Source: Callorhinchus milii (lineage: Eukaryota). Taken from it: DNA of 64,000 nt. The position numbers and the translations under genes were made by a program. The DNA lies in the NCBI RefSeq assembly GCF_018977255.1, contig NW_024704743.1, positions 47,928,001 to 47,992,000 of the forward strand. The letters run 5' to 3'. Positions within the stretch are counted from its first letter, which is position 1, and each line of letters starts with the position of its first letter. The notes beneath the pieces were generated by a model. The model saw nothing but the letters and a program-made list of their open reading frames with translations. It had not been told where the DNA came from and searched no databases. Positions 24,507 to 36,278 of the stretch are shown piece by piece.

Positions 24507-24818
24507 GGAGTGCTGTAGTGCAGTGGTTAGAGCACTCGCTTTGCAAGCGAGAGACCTAAGTTCGATTCCCGGCAGGGTGAAACTCTGGGCAAGTTTCCTT
24601 ACTCCACACGCCTGATAATAATCCCTCAAAAAAAATAATAATGAATTGGTCATTTCAATCCATGACTGTTTGTGGGACACTGCTGTGCACAATTGGCTGC
24701 TGCATTTTGCCTACAAATATACAGTCAATTCACTTTACAGTCTATTCTGTGAAGCGCTTTGAGACGTCTAGAAGACGTGAAAAGCGCTACATCAAATGCA
24801 AGGATTATTATTATTATT
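24507..24818 (+). mobile_element. Full-length tRNA-Ala/Deu SINE, short form
   Basis: Same architecture as 23985-24300. B box gttcgattccc and tail aagcgctttgagacgtctagaagacgtgaaaagcgct..(ATT)n. Confidence 0.95.
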
Positions 24819-24908
24819 AATTGTGATAGCTCTGTAAATCTATTTATAAAGAGGAAGTCAGTGCCCATCAGGGCAGATTATACCATCAAATTCAAGCGAG
24901 TTGGACAG

Positions 24909-26102
24909 TGGATACCGTTGACCAATCTATCCTCCTCCACCGCTTCTCCTCTCACCTCAATCTTCATGATTCTGTCCTTGAATGGTTCAGAACCTACCTC
25001 TCACACTCTCTTCACTTCATCTCCACAAACGGCTTCACTGTCTTGTGTGGTATTCCTTGGGGCTCTGTCTTTGGTCCCCTCCTCTTCAATATATGCTCCA
25101 TGTTGGTAACATCAGTCGCAGACATGGGGTCAACTTCTACATGTATGCAGAAGACACCCAACATTATCTCTCTGCCTCCACCCTCGACGCCAAGACCATT
25201 GCTAGCCTGAGAGAATGTCTGTCAGACATCAAGTCCTGGATGAGAGCTAACTTTCTACAACTGAACATCAACAAGGTTCAACAAGAATGCTCTCCTGATT
25301 GGCTGCCGTCAGCACCTCCACACCTTAGAGACTGACAGCATCACCATCTAAGGATGCACATTCCACCTCACCAAGCCAGTCCGAAACCTTGGCGTCTGTC
25401 TTGTTTGACCCTCAACTGTCCTTGTTACCCCACATCTATGCCAAGACCCGCTCTGCGTTCCCCCACCTCCGCAACATACCCCGGCTCTGCCACTGTCTCA
25501 CACTGCAGGCCGCCGAGACCCTGATACACATTCATAACATCCAGGCTTAACTATGCAAACTCCCAGCTTGTCGGCCTCCCCAACTCCTCCCTCCATAGGC
25601 TGCAGATCATCCAGAACTCTGCAGCCGTGTCCTCTCCCACACCAGGCTCCACGACCCTATCACCCCCATCCTTGCCCGACTCCACTGGCTTCCCATCACA
25701 CATAGGATACAGTTCAAGATCCTGGTCCTCACTTTCAAAGCCTTCCATAGACTTGCTCCCCCCTATCTCTGCGGCCTCCTAACCCCCTAGCACCTTGCCC
25801 ACTTCCTCCGCTCAGCGAGCTCTAGCCTGCTTCACGTTCCCTGCTTCACCCACCAGCCACTCTACCCCCACCCTCTGTAACTCCATCCTGCAATCCCTCC
25901 ACCTTGCCCCCTCCCTTGCCTTCTTCAAGACCCATTTCAAGACCCTCCTGTTTGACCGTGCCTTCGATCATCCAGCTTCCCTCCTTGCCCTCCACCCTCC
26001 CTGATCCCGACCCCCAGCTTGGGTCCGAAACACTGATTGTATAGCGCCTTTCACATGGGGAGGATGTCCCTAGGCGCTAGATAATGTAATTTTGTTGTTG
26101 TT
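24909..26102 (+). mobile_element. 5'-truncated, frameshifted L2 LINE
   Basis: DTVDQSILLHR, GIPWGSVFGPLLFNI, MYAEDTQ and [10 protein letters not shown] motifs, with a (TTG)n tail. Confidence 0.95.
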
Positions 26103-27232
26103 GGAAAAATGGACAGTGCAGTCCACACACAGCGCAGTCTAGGGAATGACACCAGTGCATTTGCTCTACAGGGGAGTTGCATGTATTCTTTTTTATTGCC
26201 TTTTTATTATTAAATGGACAGAAAGATACTGCATATCCCCAGAATCAGAATCCCATTCCTGTTCATTATCCATATGTATGTATCATGCTGTGTATTACAG
26301 AGATTTAGAGTAGGTAAGAGTGCTGCCCTTTCATTTAGGAGCATGATAGTGAAAATCAAATTTTAATGGAAATCCCTTCTTCAGGTCATTGCTATGTAAA
26401 GCTGGAGACAAATAAAGTGAATAGTTAACAAATGAATTGGACTGTTTGCACCTTGTGGATGTGTTTCTCTGTCCCTATAGTATTGTGGTTAATACATTCA
26501 CTTCCTGCTGTTGGCCTGATTCCCAGTGAAGACTCCAGCCAATAGACTATTTGTAGGTAATGAGTTTTCTCAGTTGTCTGACATTAGTTGTTCCATTGCA
26601 AAGAAAAATGAGCACTTCATCCTTTATCTCATACAAAATGCCTCCTGCTGGCCTAGCCATACGGTAATGTAAGTATTTTGAAAACTCAAAGGAGACATGG
26701 GTCACTTACCTAGTCCCTCGTCTTTAGGGTAATGGAATATGGGCAAATATTTGTAAAACAGGCGGAACAAATAAATCTGATACTTTTGTTAGTTCCACTC
26801 CAGGATGCTCCTAGAATTCCCTATTTTTTTGTCAGCTTTAACATAGGAATTTTGTAATATTCTAACTCTACTTGTACATTGGTTTCTTATCATTGTGTGC
26901 ATCAGTGCACTCTCTGTCACTCTTTTAATATTCTCCCATGCCAATTCTTTAATTGGCTTTTACACTTTGAACACAGGTTACAAAGGAGACAAAGGAAAGC
27001 ATATTCCAACAACACAGACATTAAAGATTTTTTTTGGAAGAAAGAAATATGCTTCACAATGTTCTAAGCATTAAGAAATTAGTGGTAATTTTTTGAAAAT
27101 AGCACATAGCTGATTTGGAAAAAAAGTTTTAAAATTTTCAACGGGTAAATATTGATCTGCAATGATTTTATTTAATTGCTATCAAATACTATATCAAAGC
27201 TTTCTTAAAAAAGGGTTTGATACACTTTAAAA

Positions 27233-27450
27233 CAACACCAACAATTTGCATTTATATAACACCCTTCACACGGAGCTGTGTCTTGCAATGCTTAACAGTG
27301 GCGGAGCCTGACACTGAGCCGTTGGTGACTGTAAGAATGGTGAAGGGGAAGGTCTTCAGTCATGATCTAAAAGAGGGAAAGGAGGTGACAAGGTGGAGGA
27401 AATGAGGGAGAGAGTTCCAAATCTTCGGGGCATAATGGCTGAAAGCGCTA
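27233..27450 (-). mobile_element. L2 3' end (subfamily like 9304-9665)
   Basis: ttgcatttatataac..tgcttaacagtggcggagcctgacactgagcc. Confidence 0.8.
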
Positions 27451-28684
27451 ATTAACTACTTTAATGTAGTTGTTTTACTGAATCTGGTTTTGTTGTGAAG
27501 TCATTTGTTTTAAAATTGAGTTTCTACCAAATCTGGCCATAAGTATAAATTTGCTTAGTCTCACCATTCCTGAAATTGAAATTTTACTTTGGGTAATTCC
27601 ACCTCGACCCAGTGTGTAAGTAATCTTATTTCATTTCAGTCTGCCCTTTGAGTAGATTTGTTATGCCATTTAAGCTTCATTTGCCCAAAACGTTGCTATA
27701 GTTTTATTCAATTTCAGTTGGATCTGCTCTCAAGTGAATTTTTTTATTTAATTTTATTTTAGTGGTATTTTTGTTTAATTTTTATATGCCTGCAATAGGT
27801 TACCTCAAATTATTACGTCTTGCTAGCTTGGAGTTGTGATATGCTTGCTGTGAAAATCATGCCATAGAGAATTCAGACCACAAATGGCATTTCAGTGGAG
27901 AGCTATTGTAAAGAGCAGTGGCATCACGTGGCACTGAATCATTAATCTAAACTTCAAGCTCAAGTACCCTAAAGCAATTTTCTATAGCTTTAAAACATTA
28001 GAAAATACAACATTTAAAAACATACCACTGCTTCAATGTCTGCCTTTATTTCCCCATCAAGAAATCAAATCGCAAGATAGATGGGGGGAATGCTCACCAC
28101 TGGAACATATGGGCGGATGCCGACCTTACATTCAATTTATCAAAAATAATATAAACATGAGCTCCATGCTAAACCAGTGATTTAGCTCAAGTGCACAGCA
28201 TAGCGGCACATTAGTCAAATGGAACTGAGCAAAACAGTAGCTGATGTAAAAATATACCAGCAGCACCATTATAGGACAAACATGCTCTGTTTTAGAACAT
28301 GGATTAAGTAATCAATATGGGCTCAAACGTCAGGAAGTTTCAAAGCATCTTTGATACTTTATATGATAAATGCACTGATACTGTACTTAAACAGCAATTT
28401 ATAAGCTGCAATGGAGCATCAGAACACCAGGCTTACAATCTGATGTGATGTGATGAGTTATTGTGACGGCCAGCACATTCTGAACTGTTAAAATAAATGA
28501 CAGGACAATTTTGCTTTGTGAATGACCTGGTTGTTGTGTTGGTTCACAGTAAAATAATGTTATGTTGCAGTTAAGAGATAAGTGGGCATCAAATGAACAA
28601 TTTAAGATTTAAATTTAAGATCTATGTACAATGTCAATAATAGATTTGGTGGAGACAGAACTGACAGCAGAATATAAGTGGAGT

Positions 28685-28922
28685 CCTGGTCAAGTTTCCT
28701 TACTCCACATACCTGATACTAATCCCTTAAGAAAAAAAATTTGATCACTTCAATCCACTAATGTTTGTGGGACATTGCTGTGCACAATTGGCTGTCGCTT
28801 TTCGCCCACGAATATACAGTCAATTCATTTTACAATATATTCTGTGAAGCGCTTTGAGACATCTAGAAGACGTGAAAAGCACTATATCAAATGCAAGGAT
28901 TATTATTTTTATTATTATAACA
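28685..28922 (+). mobile_element. 5'-truncated tRNA/Deu SINE
   Basis: caagtttccttactccac, Deu block and tail with (ATT)n. Confidence 0.9.
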
Positions 28923-29157
28923 ATCCATACATTTGTGAATATGAAAATATATATAATGCAGGACAGGTTAAGGGTTGGTTTCAATGTTGCTATTTATACA
29001 AACAGCAAAACATTTAAGGGCAGTTTTCTGGAGGAGTGACTTCTGCAGGTTGATTATGCCTTATTAATTTAAAAGGCAGCACACTTTCTCTGAAATCAAT
29101 ATCTTAGGAGGTCTCATCTGCAAACATGTTTTTCTTAATTTAGTTAAGAAATTATAT

Positions 29158-30100
29158 AACAACAAAATTACATTTGTATAGCGCCTTTCACATCAGGAGA
29201 ATATCCCAAGGCGCTGGACAGAGAGAGTACGGACCTGAGCTGAGGATGGGGGGGGGGGGGGGGAAGATGGAGGGCAGGGGGGAAGCAGGGAGATTGAAAC
29301 CTAAGTTGGAGAGGAGGGTCTTGAGGTGGGTCTTGAAGGTGGCGAGGGAGGGGACGAAACGGAGGGACTGCGGGATGGAGTTCCAGAGGGTGGGTGCAGA
29401 GTGGCGGAAAGCCCCCCCTGCCGATAGTGGGGAGAGCAAGGCGGGGGTTGTGAAGCAGACCGGAGCCCGCTGAGCGGAGAGAGTGAACAGGGTGGTAGGG
29501 GGTTAGGAGGTCGGAGAGGTAGGGGGGAGCAATACTGTGGAGGGCTTTGAAGGTGAGGACCAGGATTTTGAACTGTATCCTCTGTGTGATGGGAAGCCAG
29601 TGGAGTTGGGCATAGTCCAGCCTCGATGTAATGAAGGCGTGTATGAGGGTTTCGGCGGCCTGTGGTTTGAAACAGTGGCGGAGCCGGGCGACGTTGCGGG
29701 GGTGGGGAAGGCAGAGCAAGTCATGGCGCAGATGTGGGGTAGTTGAGGGTCAAACAAGACCCCAAGGTTCCGGACCGGCTTAGTAAGGTGGAGTGTGCAA
29801 CCATGGATGGTGATGCTGTCAGCGCCTGAGGTGAGGAGGTGCTGACGGGAGCCAATCAGGAGAGCCTCGGTCTTGTTGACGTTCAACTGTAGAAAGTTAG
29901 CTCTCATCCAGGACTTGATGTCTGACAGACATTCTGTCAGGAAAGCAGTGGTCCTGAAGTCAAGGGCGGAGGCAGAGAGGTAGAGTTGGGTGTCATCCAC
30001 ATACATGTGGAAGTTGACCCCATGTCTGCGGATGATGTCACCAAGAGGGAGCATATAGATATTGAAGAGGAGAGGGCCAAGGACAGAGCCCTGAGGAACG
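29158..30100 (-). mobile_element. 5'-truncated L2 LINE with internal deletions
   Basis: Minus ORFs contain [26 protein letters not shown] and [15 protein letters not shown]. Tail at 29158. Confidence 0.95.
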
Positions 30101-30864
30101 CTGCATATAGTACAATACAATTTATATTTATACAGCACCTTTCATGTCAGGAGGATGTCTCAAAGCACTTTTGAAGCAGAAGTCACTTGCACAAAGCACC
30201 AACTAAAAAGAAATGGGGCAAATACAGTAAGTGATGTGATAATCACCACACTGACATAAAATATTGTGGCAGGCATGGGAGTATTCTGGAAGAAACAGTC
30301 AACACCAGCCAAAGTTGGCGAACAATCAAGTTTACTTTATTTGGTCCAACGGCAACAAATCAGGTAAACAACATGTAGAGAGCACCCATAATGAGAATAG
30401 TCAGCTCATTTACCCCCTCCTCTCGAGACAGGTCCTGTGGTGAGAAGGTCTCTTACAATTCTTGGGGGCAGGTGGTTACCAACATGAGAGCAGAGTTTCA
30501 GACTAGCTTCACCATAGTAATCTGGCTCAACGAGACAACATCTCCTGGGACTCATTGAGGTTTTAAGGCAGAATCTAGTTGAAGAAATATTAAATCACTG
30601 CTCACTGGAATGAGAATAAACGCCTTCGCAATTCTCACCTCACTCAATTTTTTTTTAGCTCAACGAAGATTGCTCAGGGATGAATTCCCAAACCAGGAGT
30701 GGGCATTTGCTGACTTCTTCACCAGGCATTGTGTTCCAGTTAAAATTAAAGTTAGACATGCTTGCCCGGAAGCTGAGAATGAAGGCCTCAGATGGTTGCT
30801 AACGAGAGAAAAACATAGAGGAAGTTTGGAATGGGAAAAGACTGAGGGAAAAAATATTGTCCAG

Positions 30865-31060
30865 AACAACAAAATTACATTTGTATAGCACCTTTCACGT
30901 CGAGAGGATGTCCCAGAAGGTGCTGGACAGTCAGTGTTTGGTACCCGAGCTGCGGGTCAGGATTGGGGAAGGTGGAGGGCAGGGGGGGATGCAGGGAGAT
31001 TGAAAGCACAGTCGAAGAGGAGGGTCTTGATATGGGTCTTGAAGGAAGCAAGGGAGGAGA
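30865..31060 (-). mobile_element. L2 3' end
   Basis: aacaacaaaattacatttgtatagcacctttcacgtc..gaggagggtcttga. Confidence 0.85.
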
Positions 31061-31254
31061 AGGGAATATTCAGTCTCAAATAAATCATTAAGGACATGTT
31101 TTAAGGATAACCTTAAACCATATTTTCTGTCCAGGACATAAACCATTTCTTAATTAACTCCATTTATAATAAAGGAATGTAACGTGTTCAGCAATATCTC
31201 ATTTTTATCAATCGTTTGTCCACTCCTCCACTTTCCCCCTCCACTCAGTGAAAT

Positions 31255-31410
31255 TTGACTTGCAGTGTGTCTGCCACCCTTTCCATGCCACCATCTATTG
31301 CCAAGTCTTCAGTTCCGAATGCCCCATAGCTCATGGAACTGCCTACCTCTCGCATTCTGTCTCGCCCCCTCTTTCTGTCTCTCAGTCCTGCCTCAAATTC
31401 AAATCCTCCA
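31255..31410 (+). mobile_element. Degenerate L2 3' fragment
   Basis: catgccaccatc..gtcttcagttcc..tggaactgcctacctc..ttcaaatcc. Confidence 0.5.
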
Positions 31411-32199
31411 CAAGAAGTACAACCTTTACATCACCTGTAACATCAAGACAGTAAATGATTGACAATATTTCTGCAATAAGACAAGCTAAAATTAATCACT
31501 TTTTTAAAAAAATATAATATTTGGTGCAGTTTATTTTTCATTGCTGATTTTATTTTGCCAAATTGAAAAGGTAGAAATACAACAACTAAAATGAACTAAG
31601 TATAATGATTTATGTAATTTGATTTACATTGTGGATTCTGATTTAGTCTATTTATAGGAACTTATGTACTACTTATTGGTCTATATTTCTATTGTCACAT
31701 TGAGAATGAGCCAAAATGTTGAAGACCGAATCTCAGAAGTATTCACTAGGAAGAATGTAGAAATATGGGAAAAAAATAAAGCTAAAACAAGTACCCAATA
31801 CACATTAGTTAAAGACTCTTCCTTATAAGGCATCTGAGCATTGCCAAATTTATGGCTGTTCTCCAGATTTATGGAGGCGATAATCCTAGCCATTCTTCAT
31901 TGTGACATGCCCAGTCACTGTAAACGAGGGAATTAAAATAGAAGAAGTTACCGTAGTTAGTTTAAAAAAAATTGAATGAAAGAATTACGATAAAACTTTT
32001 AACTGTTCTGTGTCTCCTGAGAGTCTGTATTGGAATTCAAATGACAGAAATGCCAGTGTCAATCCCAACTGAAGCCTTCTCTTACAAGAACGCTTGAATT
32101 TAAAATGTAGCGCGGTTCAGAACTGCAAGAAACTTTATGAGCAGCAATCTCCATGGTATAGTGGAAAATAACATTTCAAAAGAATTTTAATTCTCTAAT

Positions 32200-32580
32200 G
32201 ATAATCCTTGCATTTTAATATTGTGTCTATAAGATTGGGAATATCTCAGGGCATTTGACAACATTTCTGTAAAGTGTAGCAACTGTACTTGTAATTTTTT
32301 TTGCAAAAATGCCAATCAGTTCAGACACAGCAATTTTTCTCAAACAGCTGTGAAGTTTTATTTTGTCTGGAAGATTCGTAACCAGGATACCAAGCAAACT
32401 CCTTTCTCTTTTTAATAATGCCATGAGATCTTTAAACATTTATTTGAATAGGCGGATGGGACCTCAGTTTAGTGAAGGACAGCTTCATCGATAATAAAAC
32501 GCTCCCAATGCACAGCAATGGTTTGTCAACCTGGAATATGAGCTCAAAGCCTTAATTTGGGGCTTGAACCCACAAATTTC
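32200..32580 (-). mobile_element. Degenerate SacSINE-like SINE
   Basis: Tail ataatccttgcatt, then gaataggcggatgggacctcagttt and ggggcttgaacccacaa. Confidence 0.7.
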
Positions 32581-32632
32581 AAACCAAGTTGACATGATCT
32601 TTGGGTTTTGTGATATATATTAACTATATTGT

Positions 32633-33020
32633 GGAATCCTGTAGGTCAGTGGTTAGAGAACTCGCCTCGCAAGCAAGAGGCCTAGATTCGATTCCCGGCA
32701 GGGCGAAATATTGGGCGAGTTTCCTTACTCTACATGCTTCTGGTTACCTAGCAGTAAGTAGGAACCCGGTTGATTGGCGGATTGTTTTTCTGGGGGTAAT
32801 AATTGTTTCAAATTTTAAAAAAATAAGTAAATAAGTTGGTCACTCTATCCACGACTGTTTGTGGGACACTGCTGTACGCAATTGGCTGCCGCGTTTATAC
32901 CCACAAAATATGCAGTCAATTCACTTTACAGTATATTCTGTGAAGCGTTTTGAGACATATCAAAGAAGTGATAAGGCACTATGTCAAATGTGAGGATTAT
33001 TATTATTATTATGATTATTA
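32633..33020 (+). mobile_element. Full-length tRNA-Ala/Deu SINE, long form
   Basis: Head ctcgcctcgcaagc, extra segment cctagcagtaagtaggaacccgg, Deu block and (ATT)n tail. Confidence 0.95.
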
Positions 33021-33034
33021 CTCTGGGTTTTATT

Positions 33035-33100
33035 GCTAAAGCGCTCTGAGATGGCGTCCAGCATGAAGGACGCTATGTAATGCAAGTTGTTCTTGTTGTA
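33035..33100 (+). mobile_element. Tail-only L2-type insertion
   Basis: aaagcgctctgagatggcgtccagcatgaaggacgctatgtaatgcaagttgttcttgttg. Confidence 0.7.
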
Positions 33101-33269
33101 AATCTTAGGTTCAGTCAAATACAATCCAATAATATTTAGAAATAAGTACAGCAGAGAGGGAATTGTAGCCATTCTAAGTCGTAAAGCAGCAGCAAAGCCA
33201 TATACTGTACATATTCAGTCCAAGTAGGAAATTCAACAAGCTTGTTGGCTGATCAATTACAAATTTCAT

Positions 33270-33560
33270 AAAGATATTGAGATGCAGAAAGATCTTGCAG
33301 TTCAGATACTAGAAAAAGATCTTTAAAGGTGGGAAAGCAGGTAATAAAGGCAATAGAAATACAAATGAAATCCTGGGCTTTCCCTGGAGGGCCATTAAAA
33401 CAAAAACAATATGTTAAGTTTATACAAGATACTGGTTAGGCTGCAGCTGAGGTATTGTATGTATTTGTATATGTTCTTATATAGAAAGGACCTCAGAGTC
33501 ATGGAGGCTTGGTTAACAAGATGATTTCAGGGATGAAAATTATACAGAGAAGGTTCCAGT
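33270..33560 (+). mobile_element. Highly degenerate CR1 ORF2 fragment
   Basis: gaaagatcttgcagtt and tatacaagatactggttaggctgcagctgaggtattgt correspond to the CR1 LY..LVRP.LEYC region. Confidence 0.6.
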
Positions 33561-33749
33561 CATAAAATCTGAAGGGAGCTTCACATGAAAAATGTTGTTT
33601 GGCCCAATTGATCTAATCATTCCAGAATATCCATGCTATCATTTTCCCAATACAGTATCAAGCTGTTTCTTGAATATGTACAATACCTCACCCTCAAAGT
33701 CTTTTCCTGGTATTGCATTTATTAATTATCTTCTGAAATTACCAAGGTG

Positions 33750-33955
33750 TTGGCCTGGCTCAGTTGGTGGCACTTTCGCCTCTGAGGTAGAAGGTTATGG
33801 GTTGAAGCCTTGCATCAGGACTTTGAACTCACAGTCTAGGCTGACACTCCAATACAGTGCTGGGAGAGCACTGCTTTGTTGGAAGTATTGTCCTTTCATA
33901 AGATGTTAAATCGACTGCATTCTTCACATGGATATTAAAGATCCATGGCTTTTGG
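33750..33955 (+). mobile_element. SacSINE-like SINE 5' half
   Basis: tggctcagttggtggcactttcgcctctgag..gaaggttatgggttgaag..ctaggctgacactcca. Confidence 0.75.
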
Positions 33956-34582
33956 AAGTCTAGATACACTACACAATATGGCTTCAATTGTCACCTTCGT
34001 AAAAAAGGTCTATGAGGTTGGTCGGATAAGATCTACCACTTCTGAAACTGTGTCAGATGTCATTTATTAGGCTGTTTTTACATAAGTAATCTTCCATTTT
34101 ATTTCTATTGATTGATTCCATGAGTTTTTATTGTTGTTTCCCAATTATTAGAGTCTCTCAGTAATGTTTGTTTCAAGCGTGTTTCAGTTTCTGGAAACTA
34201 AAAAGTACTTGCAATAATTCCAGTAAATTCCTGGTTCTAGATTTAAAATTTTAACAATTATCTGGAGTTATCCTGTCCTAGTGAGCACTTATTGTAGAAA
34301 GCCTATATCAACATTAACTCTAGTTTTGCCATAATGCATAACCTAATCTAATGCCATTTTCTCTCCCCATATCCTTCAATATTTCTCTTTTTCTAGATCT
34401 AATTTATTTCCTTTTAATATAATTTATGGACTGACTCAATTTTAGTTTGTCAATGAAACCAAAAAAGCAAGGAAGAGGTGATGAGAATTTTTTTTACACA
34501 GAGAGATGTTAGGGTGCAGAAAGTGCTCTACCTGGAAGCATGAATGAAGCATAATCCATAAAATAAAAAAGGATGAAATAAC

Positions 34583-34730
34583 AATAATGCTTGTATTTGG
34601 TGCAGTACCTTTTGCATCAAGAAGACGTCTCAAAGCGCTTCACAGGATTTACTTTGAAGTGTAGTGACTGTGTATCTGTAGGCAAACATGGCAGCTCAGT
34701 TGAGAACAGCAATATCCCACAAATACCAAT
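34583..34730 (-). mobile_element. Deu SINE 3' fragment
   Basis: gacgtctcaaagcgcttcacagga..cagcaatatcccacaaa. Confidence 0.75.
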
Positions 34731-34747
34731 TGCATCTGGGAGATTAT

Positions 34748-35430
34748 TACAACAACAACAAAATTACATTGTATAGCGCCTTTCACACCGGGAGGACGTC
34801 CCATGGTGATGGACAATCAGTGTTTCGGACCTGAGCTGGGGTTAGGGATCGGGGAATGTGGAGTGCAGTGGGGGAAGGAGGGTGACCGAAGGCACGGTCA
34901 AAGCTTGAGACGGGTCTTGAACAACAGCAAAATTACGTTTGTAAAGCGCCTTTCACGTCGGGGGGACATCCCAAGGTGCTGGACAATCAATGTTTCGGAT
35001 CCAAGCTGAGGATCGGGGAAGGGGGAGGACAGAGGGGGAAGGAGGGTGACCGAAGGCACAGTTGAAGAGGAGGGTCATGAGACAGGCCTTGAAGGAGGCA
35101 AGGGAGGGGACGAGACGGAGGGACTGCGGGATGGAGTTTCAGAGGGCGGGGGCTGCGAGCCTGGTGCGGGAGAGGGCACAGACTGCAGAATTCTGGATGA
35201 TCTTCAGCCTATGGAGGGAGGAATTGGGGAGGTCGACAAGCAGAGAGTTTGCATAGTCGAGGCTGGATGTTATGAATGCAAGGCAACAGGGGAGGGGGTG
35301 AGGCGGAGGGACTGCTGGATGGACCTCCAGAGGGTGGGGGCAGAGTGGCTGAAGACCCAAACGCCAATGATGCGGCGAGCGAGGCACTGAGCGGAGGGAG
35401 CAGGCAGGTTGGTAAAGGGTTAGGAGGCCT
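34748..35430 (-). mobile_element. Mosaic of stacked L2 3' ends
   Basis: Two tails (~34750 and ~34920), then ORF2 pieces ITSSLDYANSLL, with a repeated 3' segment at ~35285-35430. Confidence 0.9.
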
Positions 35431-35434
35431 CTTA

Positions 35435-35595
35435 ATTTTTAGGAGAGAATTAGATAAATATCTGAAATGGAAAAATACAAAAAGGTAGGGGAAAAATGCA
35501 GGAAAATGGACTAAATGGTAGCTCTTTCAGAGAGTTACTGCAGGCACGACAGATTAAATGGCCTCCAGTGCTACAATTTTCTATGGTTTTATGGC
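35435..35595 (+). mobile_element. CR1 3' end
   Basis: gagagaattagataaatatctg..tagctctttcagagag..aatggcctcc..ttctatggttttatg. Confidence 0.75.
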
Positions 35596-36278
35596 AGTCA
35601 CCGACAGTTTGTCTTTTTATTCAAGATGTTTCACATCAGAACTTTTCCTTCAACAAATGGAGCAAAGTAATGTTTGGAAATCTAACAAATTTATGCTAGA
35701 CACACAAGTTGCCAATAACCACATGGACACCAAGCTTACGTCTGGTAACTATGAAATCTTTATTACCCTGCTAGACAAACTGGCTGCAGGAGTGCAGGCA
35801 GCCTGAAAGGGAGACCTGAGTCAGTCTATTTTCAGCAAGTAGTGGGAGGATATATAGATTGCAACTCATACAGTCTGCATCTGCAGCAAAGGAAGGAGAA
35901 CACAATTAAAATGTGAATGTAGGATGCACTGTACACCCCACAGACTTCATAAAATGCATTCATCACCTGCCACATGCTGGAGGGGATGTGGGTTACACAG
36001 GAACGTACCCAATTGCACAATTTTGGACATCCTCTCGTGTGAAAATTTCAGTGGAATGCTGTCAGCTAACATTGAAGGGATCCTAAACATTTCAGATCCA
36101 ATCAATTAATAGTATTTTACCTTAGGATTTAAGTGGATTTTTACTGTAAGCATAGTGAGGGAATAGGAGGATGTAACCAGAGTATTCCTGTTACTGACAT
36201 CGTTCTGAGCTGCCAATCTTGGCAAGGTCAATGGTCTGCAGTAATTTAAGGGATTGATGCTTGACTATCTTGTATGAG

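Noticed and set aside
26709..26810. Minus-strand donor AG|gtaagt with an upstream peptide-like frame (IYLFRLFYKYLPIFHYPKDEGL)
   Set aside because: No convincing polypyrimidine acceptor and no recognised homology.
33783..33803. let-7-like sequence tgaggtagaaggttatgggtt
   Set aside because: It lies in a SacSINE-like head, which in other copies reads tctgagtcagaaggttgtgggtt. There is no complementary star arm.
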